Shown here in pieces: positions 53,547 through 64,000 of a DNA stretch of 64,000 bases (its first letter is position 1; each line of letters starts with the position of its first letter). Below the pieces are notes generated by a model. The model made no database searches. It was not told the DNA's origin and was given only the letters and a program-made list of their open reading frames with translations. The DNA comes from Eledone cirrhosa (Eukaryota). The position numbers and the translations under genes were made by a program. The DNA lies in NCBI GenBank assembly GCA_964016885.1, contig OZ024743.1, positions 128,650,001 through 128,714,000 on the forward strand. Direction: 5' to 3'.

Positions 53547-53619
53547 GCCCGGCTAGCTCAGTCGGTAGAGCACGAGACTCTTAATCTCGGGGTCGTGGGT
53601 TCGAGCCCCACGTTGGGCG
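53547..53619 (+). tRNA. trnK-CTT: tRNA-Lys(CTT) copy 13, intact
   Basis: Identical to the solo copy. Confidence 0.96.
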
Positions 53620-55437
53620 AAATATTTTTATCTGTTTTAAATCTTAGTTTCTTATATTCTGTTTTACTTATTGCTCTATATGACAATATGAACCTGTTAT
53701 TTGGCAGTCTCACCCTTCCGAAATATAACACATGTAACATTTAATTTCGATATTATCAGAAACAAATACTGGTCTCTAATTTAATCGAATACTACAGCTT
53801 TCCCCTATTTTTTAAGCGATAGTGTGAAAGTTGCGTGATATTTGGTTAGTATTTCTAGCAGGTTGATAACCACATATACGCACTGTCCCCGGTTTGAATA
53901 TTGTCAGGCTGGTCAAGTTTTGTAAAAAGGAACACATAACGAAGGCCAGCACTGCGCATGTGTGTCTATAGGAGTCAACCTACAGCAATTTAAACCAAAC
54001 ATTCACAGAATCAATCTAATCGGTCTTGCAGAACCTGCAATAGTCAAGGACACAACTGCTTCCTCCAGATCTAACGGGAAAATGCACAATCTTTATTTAG
54101 GTGCCACTAATGTCTACGTCTAAAATATTATAGTAGCAAGAAGTTCTATGTTTGAGATACACGACACGAATAAAATGCGAAAGCAAACATGGAACGTAGC
54201 GTCACAATTTGGTATATATTCTTCTAATTTCATTTATGAGGACATGGGGAATTGATAACATCCTCATAAAATATGATACTCCCAAGAAAATAGTAGATGA
54301 ATCACTACCTTCTTACTGACGCTGCACACCAGGTCCGAACACAAAAGAGCTTTAATCCCACTCTCATCGGCTCCATCTCTCTCGCACTCCCCACCTCACT
54401 CTATTATGAGCAAATGGGATCCAACGTGCTGGCTACCCCATGGCCCAGGGGGAAAGAATAAGAGAAGGCGTTTACCCGGAAGATGGTAAGTGAGATGCGC
54501 TAGAAAAGCCATTCCATCTCGCGAGGCTCACACCTGCTGCTAGCAAGCTCAGCGCATATGGTGGTAAGTATGGAGGAGAGTTTAGGGCCAAGGACCCAAG
54601 AAAGAAGTGTTCACTGCTAGGGGATCGACTCCAAACCTATCGGAGAGCGACCGATACTTCGAATAACAGCAACGTGGTCATTTTAGCAGAAACTATGAAT
54701 AAATTTGTCAAAAGTGAGATATTCAATGGGATTTTAATTAATTTATTTAACAAGTTTATAAAATATATAGATATAAATTGACATTAAGGTTGCGAATTGA
54801 CAGTCGATAGAAGATAAGACTAAATTACTCTCCTTATTTGTTCTGGCTCAACGCTGAGTCCAGCTCACGCCGAGATCAACTTTACCTCTTATTCGTTCTG
54901 TGTGGATAAAGCAAGTTCGGAAGTATCGCATTGATGCAATTATTTGAGTGCAGAACAAATACCGGAAATAATTTGTTCCAGCTCTTTACGTGTTGAACTC
55001 AAACCACGCTGTAGTTTATTTGGTGGTAAATTTTAATATGTCACCTTGTTTGACACCACCAAATAGACCTGGGTTGCCTCTCAGAACTCCAGTTTGAAGA
55101 TATCTTCCTCCCTTCTCGGGCTTCTAAACAGATTCATGGACACTGCTCTCCCCTGGCATCTAGAAAATTCATCAGAAACTATTAGTAATATATATAAAGA
55201 ATTGTGAGGTTAAAATTAAGGGTAAAATGTATCTTTCACTATGTTATTCCTATGCCTCTCTTTTCTTATAAAATAGTTGGTGGATTTTATATCGATCTGA
55301 ATAAGAAAATCGTTTGAGTGATTTAATTGGGTTTTGATTCAGTTTTCAAAAACTGCACGCCAAAAAAGAAGCCCAAAAAACCCCCAAATAAATCTATTAC
55401 AGAATGAATGATTATTATTTCCCTTGTTATTTCAGCA

Positions 55438-55510
55438 GCCCGGCTAGCTCAGTCGGTAGAGCACGAGACTCTTAATCTCGGGGTCGTGGGTTCGAGCCCC
55501 ACGTTGGGCG
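55438..55510 (+). tRNA. trnK-CTT: tRNA-Lys(CTT) copy 14, intact
   Basis: Identical to the solo copy. Confidence 0.96.
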
Positions 55511-57330
55511 AAATATTTTTATCTGTTTTAAATCTTAGTTTCTTATATTCTGTTTTACTTATTGCTCTATATGACAATATGAACCTGTTATTTGGCAGTC
55601 TCACCCTTCCGAAATATAACACATGTAACATTTAATTTCGATATTATCAGAAACAAATACTGGTCTCTAATTTAATCGAATACTACAGCTTTCCCCTATT
55701 TTTTAAGCGATAGTGTGAAAGTTGCGTGATATTTGGTTAGTATTTCTAGCAGGTTAATAACCACATATACGCACTGTCACCGGTTTGAATATTTTCAGGC
55801 TTGTCAAGTGTTGTAAAAAGGAACACATAACGAAGGCCAGCACTGCGCATGTGTGTCCTATAGGAGAGGAACCTGCAGCAATTTAAACCAAATATTCACA
55901 GTATCAATCTAATCGGTCTTGGAGAACCTGCAATAGTCAACGATACAACTGCTTCCTCCAGATCTAACGGGAAAATGCACAATCTTTATTTAGGTGCCAC
56001 TAATGTCTACGTCTAAAATATTATAGTAGCAAGAAGTTCTATGTTTGAGATACACGACACGAGTAAAATGCGAAAGCAAACATGGAACGTAGCGTCACAA
56101 TTTGGTATATATTCTTCTAATTTCATTTATGAGGACATGGGGAATTGATAACATCCTCATAAAATATGATACTCCCAAGAAAATAGTAGATGAATCACTA
56201 CCTTCTTACTGACGCTGCACACCAGGTCCGAACACAAAAGAGCTTTAATCCCACTCTCATCGGCTCCATCTCTCTCGCACTCCCCACCTCACTCTATTAT
56301 GAGCAAATGGGATCCAACGTGCTGGCTACCCCATGGCCCAGGGGGAAAGAATAAGAGAAGGCGTTTACCCGGAAGATGGTAAGTGAGATGCGCTAGAAAA
56401 GCCATTCCATCTCGCGAGGCTCACACCTGCTGCTAGCAAGCTCAGCGCATATGGTGGTAAGTATGGAGGAGAGTTTAGGGCCAAGGACCCAAGAAAGAAG
56501 TGTTCACTGCTAGGGGATCGACTCCAAACCTATCGGAGAGCGACCGATACTTCGAATAACAGCAACGTGGTCATTTTAGCAGAAACTATGAATAAATTTG
56601 TCAAAAGTGAGATATTCAATGGGATTTTAATTAATTTATTTAACAAGTTTATAAAATATATAGATATAAATTGACATTAAGGTTGCGAATTGACAGTCGA
56701 TAGAAGATAAGGCTAAATTACTCTCCTTATTTGTTCTGGCTCAACGCTGAGTCCAGCTCACGCCGAGATCAACTTTACCTCTTATTCGTTCTGTGTGGAT
56801 AAAACAAGTTCGGAAGTAGCGCATTGATGCAATTATTTGAGTACGGAACAAATACCGGAAATAATTTGTTCCAGCTCTTTACGCGTTGAACTCAAACCAC
56901 GCTGTAGTTTATTTGGTGGTAAATTTTAACATGTCACCTTGTTTGACACCACCAAATAGACCTGGGTTGCCTCTCAGAACTCCAGTTTGAAGATATCTTC
57001 CTCCCTTCTCGGGCTTCTAAACAGATTCATGGACACTGCTCTCCCCTGGCATGTGGAAATTTCATCAGAAACTATTAGTAATATATATAAAGAATTGTGA
57101 GGTTAAAATTAAGGGTAAAATGTATCTTTCACTATGTTATTCCTATGCCTCTCTTTTCTTATAAAATAGTTGGTGGATTTTATATCGATCTGAATAAGAA
57201 AATCGTTTGAGTGATTTAATTGGGGTTTGATTCAGTTTTCAAAAACTGCACGCCAAAAAAGAAGCCCCCAAAACCCCCAAATAAATCTATTACAGAATGA
57301 TTGATTATTATTTCCATTGTTATTTCATGA

Positions 57331-57403
57331 GCCTGGCTAGCTCAGTCGGTAGAGCACGAGACTCTTAATCTCGGGGTTGTGGCTTCGAGCCCCACGTTTG
57401 GCG
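57331..57403 (+). pseudogene. trnK-CTT: tRNA-Lys(CTT) copy 15, degenerate
   Basis: Four changes, including B-box G53>C (GGCTTCGA) and an acceptor-stem mismatch. Confidence 0.78.
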
Positions 57404-58645
57404 AATTTCTTTTTATCTGCTTTAAATCTTAGATTCTTATTATATTCTGTTTTACTTATTGCATTATTTCAAAATATGAACCTGTTATTTGGCAGTCTCA
57501 CCCTTCCGAAATATAATACATGTAACATTTAATTTCGATATTATAAGAATCAAATACTGGTCTCTAATTTAATCGAATACTACAGCTGTCCCCTAATTTT
57601 TAAGAGATAGTGTGAAAGTTGCGTGATATTTAGTTAGTATTTCCAACAGGTTTATAACCACATATACGCACTGTCACCGGTTTGAATATTGTCAGGCTGG
57701 TCAAGTGTTTTAAAAAGGGACACATAACGAAGGCCAGCACTGCGCATGTGTGTCTATAGAACGTACCTACGGGAAAATGCACAATCTTTATTTAGGTGCC
57801 ACTAATGTCTACGTTTAAAATATAGTAGCAAGAAGTTCTATGTTTGAGATACACGCCACGAGTCAAATGCGAAAGCAAATTATGGAACGTAGAATCACAG
57901 TTTGGTATATATTCTTCTAATTTCATTCATGACGACATGGGGAATTGATAAATTCCTCATAAAATATGATACTCCCAAGAAAATAGTAGATGAATCACTA
58001 CCTCCTTACGGACAACTCACGCTGCACACCAAATCCGAACACAAAAAGGCCTTACTCCCACTCTCATCGGCTCCATCTTTCTCGCACTCCCCATCTCTCT
58101 CGCACTCCCCATCTCTCTCTGGATAAAACAAGTTCGGAAGTAGCGCAATTATTTGAGTGCAGAACAAATACCGCAAATAATTTGTTCCAGCTCTTTACGT
58201 GTTGAATTCAAACCACGCTGTAGTTTATTTGGTGGTAAATTTTAACATGTCACCTTGATTGACACCACCAACTAGACTTTGGTTGCCCCTCAGAACTCCA
58301 GTTTGAAGATATCTTCCTCCCTCATCGGGCTTCTAAACAGATTAATGGACACTGCACTCCTCTGGAATCTGGAAATTTCATCAGAAATTATTAGTAATAT
58401 ATATAAAGAATTGTGAGGTTAAAATTAAGGGTAAAATATATCTTTCACTATGTTATTCCTATGCCTCTCTTTTCTTATAAATTAATTGGTGGATTTTATA
58501 TCGATCTGAATAAGAAAATCGTTTGAGTGATTTAATTGGGGTTTGATTCAGTTTTCAATAACTGCACGCCGAAAAAGAAGACAAAAAAAAAACAAATAAA
58601 TCTATTACAGAATGAATGATTATTATTTCAATTGTTATTTCATGA

Positions 58646-58718
58646 GCCTGGCTAGCTCAGTCGGTAGAGCACGAGACTCTTAATCTCGGGGTCGTGGGTT
58701 CGAGACCCACGTTGGGCG
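58646..58718 (+). tRNA. trnK-CTT: tRNA-Lys(CTT) copy 16, variant
   Basis: C4>T and T-loop C60>A; stems preserved. Confidence 0.8.
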
Positions 58719-60557
58719 AATTTTTTTTTATCTGCTTTAAATCTTAGTTTCTTATTATATTCTGTTTTACTTATTGCATTATTTCAAAATATGAACCTGT
58801 TATTTGGCAGTCTCACCCTTCCGAAATATAATACATGTAACATTTAATTTCGATATTATAAGAATCAAATACTGGTCTCTAATTTAATCGAATACTACAG
58901 CTGTCCCCTAATTTTTAAGCGATAGTGTGAAAGTTGCGTGATATTTAGTTAGTATTTCCAACAGGTTTATAACCACATATACGCACTGTCACCGGTTTGA
59001 ATATTGTCAGGCTGGTCAAGTGTTTTAAAAAGGGACACATAACGAAGGCCAGCACTGCGCATGTGTGTCTATAGAAGTCAACCTACAGCAATTTAAACCA
59101 AACATTCACAGAATCAATCTAATCGGTCTTGGAGAACCTGCAATAGTCAAGGACACATCTGCTTCCTCCAGATCTAACGGGAAAATGTACAACCTTTATT
59201 TAGGTGCCACTAATGTCTACGTCTAAAATATTATAGTAGCAAGAAGTTCTATGTTTGAGATACACGCCACGAGTCAAATGCAAAAGCAAAATATGGAACG
59301 TAGAATCACAATTTGGTATATATTCTTCTAACTTCATTTATGACGACATGGGGAATTGATAACATCCTCATAAAATATGATACTCCCTAGATAATAGTAG
59401 ATGAATCACTACCTCCTTACGGACAACTCACGCTGCACACCAAGTCCGAACACAGAAGGGCCTTACTCCCACTCTCATCGGCTCCATCTATCTCGCCCCC
59501 CCCCCCCCCCCCTGTCTCTCTATTATGAGAAAATGGGATCCCACGTGCTGGCCACCCCATGGCCCCGGCGGACAGAATGGAGAAGGCGTTACCCCGGAAG
59601 ATGGTAAGGGAGATGCGCTAGAAAAGCCATTCCATCTCGCCAGGCCTATACCTGCCGCTAGCGAGCTCAGCGCATTTGGTGGTAAGTATGGAGGAGAGCT
59701 TAGGGCCAAGGACCCAAGAAAGAAGTCTCCAATGCTAGGGGATCAACTCCAAACCTATCGGAGAGCGACCGATACTTCGAATAACAGCAACGTGGTCATT
59801 TTAGCAGAAACTATGAATAAACTTTTCAAAAGTGAGATATTGAATGGGATTTGAATTAATTTATTTAACAAGTTTATAAAATATATAAATTTAAATTGAC
59901 ATTAAAGTTGCGAATTGACAGTCGACAGAAGATAAGACTAAATTACTCTCCATATTTGTTCTGGCTCAAGGTTCTGAGTCCAGCTCACGCCGAGATCAAC
60001 TTTACCTCTTATTCGTTCTGTGTGGATAAAACAAGTTCGGAAGTAGCGCATTGATGCAATTATTTGAGTGCCGAACAAATACCGGAAATAACTTGTTCCA
60101 GCTCTTTACGTGTTGAATTCAAACCACGCTGTAGTTTATTTGGGTGGTAAATTTTAATATGTCACCTTGTTTGACACCACCAACTAGACCTTGGTTGCCT
60201 CTCAGATCTCCAGTCTGGAGATATCTTCCTCCCTCCTCGGGCTTCTAAACAGATTCATGGACACTGCTCTCCTCTGGCATCTGGAAATTTCATCAGAAAC
60301 TATTAGTAATATATATAAAGAATTGTGATTTTAAAATTAAGGGTAAAATGTACCTTTCACTATGTTATTGCTATGCCTCTCTTTTCTTATAATATAGTTG
60401 GTGGATTTTATATCGATCTGAATAAGAAAATCGTTTGAGTGATTTAATTGGGTTTGATTCAGTTTTCAATAACTGCACGCCAAAAAAGAAGACAAAAAAC
60501 CCCCCAAATAAATCTATTACAGAATGAACGATTATTATTTCCCTTGTTATTTCAGCA

Positions 60558-60630
60558 GCCCGGCTAGCTCAGTCGGTAGAGCACGAGAATCTTAGTCTCG
60601 AGGTCGTGGGTACGCGCCCCACGTTGGGCG
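60558..60630 (+). pseudogene. trnK-CTT: tRNA-Lys(CTT) copy 17, pseudogene
   Basis: Five changes; B-box destroyed (GGTACGCG) and anticodon loop reads ATCTTAG. Confidence 0.8.
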
Positions 60631-62457
60631 AAGTATTTTTATCTGTTTTAAATCTTAGTTTCTTATATTCTGTTTTACTTATTGCTTTATATGACAATAT
60701 GAACCTCTGATTTGGCAGTCTCACCCTTCCGAAATATAACACATGTAACATTTAATTTCGATATTATCAGAAACAAATATTGGTCGCTAATTTAATCGAA
60801 TACTACAGATTTCCCCTATTTTTTAAGCGATAGTGTGAAAGTTGCGTGATATTTGGTTAGTATTTCTAGCAGGTTGATAACCACATATACGCACTGTCAC
60901 CGGTTTGAATATTGTCAGGCTGGTCAAGTGTTGTAAAAAGGAACACATAACGAAGGCCAGCACTGCGCATGTGTGTCCTATAGGAGAGGAACCGGCAGCA
61001 AATTAAACCAAACATTCACAGTATCAATCTAATCGGTCTTGGAGAACCTGCAATAGTCAAGGATACAACTGCTTCCTCCATATCTAACGGGAAAATGCAC
61101 AATCTTTATTTAGGTGCCACTAATGTCTACGTCTAAAATATTATAGTAGCAAGAAGTTCTATGTTTGAGATACACGACACGAGTCAAATGCGAAAGCAAA
61201 CATGGCACGTAGCGTCACAATTTGGTATATATTCTTCTAATTTCATTTATGACGACATGGGGAATTGATAACATCCTCATAAAATATGATACTCCCAAGA
61301 AAATAGTAGATGAATCACTACCTTCTTACTGACAACTCACGCTGCACACCAGGTCCGAACACAAAAGAGCCTTACTTCCACTCTCATCGTCTCCATCTCT
61401 CTCGCACTCCCCACCTCTCTCTATTATGAGCCAATGGGGTCCAACGTGCTGGCCACCCCATGGCCCAGGGGGAAAGAATAAGAGAAGCGTTTACCCGGAA
61501 TATGGTAAGTGAGATGCGCTAGAAAAGCCATTCCATCTCGCGAGGCTCACACCTGCTGCTAGCAAGCTCAGCGCATATGGTGGTAAGTATGGAGGAGAGT
61601 TTAGGGCCAAGGACCCAAGAAAGAAGTCTCCAATGCTAGGGGATCGACTCTAAACCCGTTGGAGAGCGACTGATACTTCGAATAACAGCAACGTGGTCAT
61701 TTTAGCAGAGACTATAAATAAACTTTTCAAAAGTGAGATATTCAATGGGATTTGAATTTCTTTATTTAACAAGTTTATAAAATATATAGATATAAATTGA
61801 CATTAAGGTTGCGAATTGACAGTCGACAGAAGATAAGACTAAATTACTCTCCATATTTGTTCTGGCTCAACGCTGAGTCCAGCTCACGCCGAGATCAACT
61901 TTACCTCTTATTCGTTCTGTGTGGATAAAACAAGTTCGGAAGTAGCGCATTGATGCAATTATTTGAGTGCAGAACAAATACCGGAAATAATTTGTTCCAG
62001 CTCTTTACGTGTTGAATTCAAACCACGCTGTAGTTTATTTGGTGGTAAATTTTAATATGTCACCTTGTTTGACACCACCAACTAGACCTTGGTTGCCTCT
62101 CAGATCTCCAGTCTGAAGATATCTTCCCCCCTCCTCGGGCTTCTAAACAGATTCATGGACACTGCTCTCCTCTGGAATCTGGAAATTTCATCAGAAACTA
62201 TTAGTAATATATATAAAGAATTGTGAGGTTAAACTTAAGGGTAAAATGTATCTTTCACTATGTTATTCCTATGCCTCTCTTTTCTTATAAAATAGTTGGT
62301 GGATTTTATATCGATCTGAATGAGAAAATCGTTTGAGTGATTTAATTGGGGTTTGATTCAGTTTTCAATAACTGCACGCCAAGAAAAGAAGACAAAAAAA
62401 CTCCCAAATAAATCTATTACAGAATGAATGATTATTATTTCCCTTGTTATTTCAGCA

Positions 62458-62530
62458 GCCCGGCTAGCTCAGTCGGTAGAGCACGACACTCTTAATCTCG
62501 GGGTCGTGGGTTCGAGCCCCACGTTGTGCG
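62458..62530 (+). pseudogene. trnK-CTT: tRNA-Lys(CTT) copy 18, degenerate
   Basis: Anticodon-stem G>C and acceptor-stem G>T mismatches. Confidence 0.72.
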
Positions 62531-64000
62531 AAATATTTTTATCTGTTTTAAATCTTAGTTTCTTATTATATTCTGTTTTACTTATTGCATTATATCAAAA
62601 TATGAACCTGTTATTTGGCAGTCTCACCCTTCCGAAATATAACACATGTAACATTTAATTTCGATATTATAAGAATCAAATATTGGTCTCTAATTTAATC
62701 GAATACTACAGCTTTCCCCTATTTTTTAAGTGATAGTGTGAAAGTTGTGTGATATTTGGTTAGTATTTCTAGCAGGTTAATAACCACAAATACGCACTGT
62801 CACCGGTTTGAATATTGTCAGGCTGGTCAAGTGTTGTAAAAAGGAACACATAACGAAGGCCAGCACTGCGCATGTGTGTTCTATAGGAGTGAACCTGGAG
62901 CAATTTAAACCAAACATTCACAGAATCAATCTAATCGGTCTTGGAGAACCTGCTATAGTCAAGGACACAACTGCTTCCTCCAGATCTAACGGGAAAATGC
63001 ACAATCTTTATTTAGGTGCCACTAATGTCTACGTCTAAAATATTATAGTAGCAAGAAGTTCAATGTTTGAGATACACGACACGAGTCAAATGCGAAAGCA
63101 AACATGGAACGTAGCGTCACAATTTGGTATATATTCTTCTAATTTCATTTATGACGACATGGGGAATTGATAACATCCTCATAAAATATGATACTCCCTA
63201 GATAATAGTAGATGAATCACTACCTCCTTACGGACAACTCACGCTGCACACCAAGTCCGAACACAAAAGGGCCTTACTACCACTCTCATCGGCTCCATCT
63301 CTCTCGCACTCCCCATCTCTCTCTATTATGAGCAAATGGGATCCCACGTGCTGGCTACCCCATGGCCCGGGCCGAAAGAATAAGAGAAGGTGTTTACCCG
63401 GAAGATGGTAAGGGGGATACGTTAGAAAAGCCATTCGATCTCGCGAAGATCACACCTGCTGCTAGCGAGCTCAGCGCATATGGTGGTGAGTATGGAGGAG
63501 AGCTTAGGGCCAAGGACGCAAGAAAGAAGTGTCCACTGCTAGGGGATCGACTCTAAACCCGTTGGAGAGCGACTGATACTTCGAATAACAGCAACGTGGT
63601 CATTTTAGCAGAAACTATGAATAAATTTGTCAAAAGTGAGATATTGAATGGGATTTGAATTAATTTATTTAACAAGTTTATAAAATATATAGATATAAAT
63701 TGACATTAATGTTGCGAATTGACAGTCGACAGAAGATAAGACTAAGTTACTCTCCATATTTGTTCTGGCTCAAGGTTCTGAGTCCAGCTCACGCCGAGAT
63801 CAACTTTACCTCTTATTCGTTCTGTGTGGATAAAACAAGTTCGGAAGTAGCGCATTGATGCAATTATTTGAGTGCCGAACAAATACCGGAAATAATTTGT
63901 TCCAGCTCTTTACGTGTTGAATTCAAACCACGCTGTAGTTTATTTGGTGGTAAAATTTAATATGTCACCTTGTTTGACACCACCAAATAGACCTGGGTTG

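Larger units (their letters stand above)
29700..64000 (+). repeat. Tandem macrosatellite array, ~1.9 kb unit, one tRNA-Lys(CTT) per unit; continues past the window end
   Basis: tRNA-to-tRNA spacings are 1884, 2185, 1898, 1903, 1906, 1898, 1902, 1906, 1897, 1903, 1882, 1901, 1891, 1893, 1315, 1912 and 1900 bp, with homologous spacers. Confidence 0.97.

Noticed and set aside
30452-63556. Recurrent 60-160 aa ORFs in the array (MIIISLV..., MNIFRLVK..., MARAERIR...)
   Set aside because: They overlap the tRNA or are broken by frameshifts and stops in many units. Recurrence reflects the DNA repeat, not coding constraint.

Overview
AT-rich eukaryotic DNA dense in (TA)n/(CA)n/(TATG)n microsatellites. 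The SINE families resemble those of Octopus, so a cephalopod origin is inferred but not proven. No host protein-coding gene is evident. Three zones. (1) 1-8 kb: a very young Penelope-like retroelement (PLE; RT plus C-terminal GIY-YIG) inserted in (TA)n as a ~6.8 kb head-to-head palindrome of two near-identical 5'-truncated copies, with a template-switch fragment at the junction and a hammerhead-like motif in each 3' end. (2) 8-29.6 kb: a repeat-rich zone with a non-autonomous Helitron, SINEs, RTE-like fragments, a 38-bp minisatellite, five short foldbacks next to (TA)n, several hammerhead ribozyme motifs (one fully canonical at 14493-14573) and a solo tRNA-Lys(CTT). (3) ~29.7 kb to the window end: a tandem array of ~1.9 kb units, each with one tRNA-Lys(CTT) gene (18 copies in view, 9 identical to the solo gene). 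Its core is a ~5.7 kb three-unit higher-order repeat. Nearly all short ORFs in the track are microsatellite or repeat artefacts.
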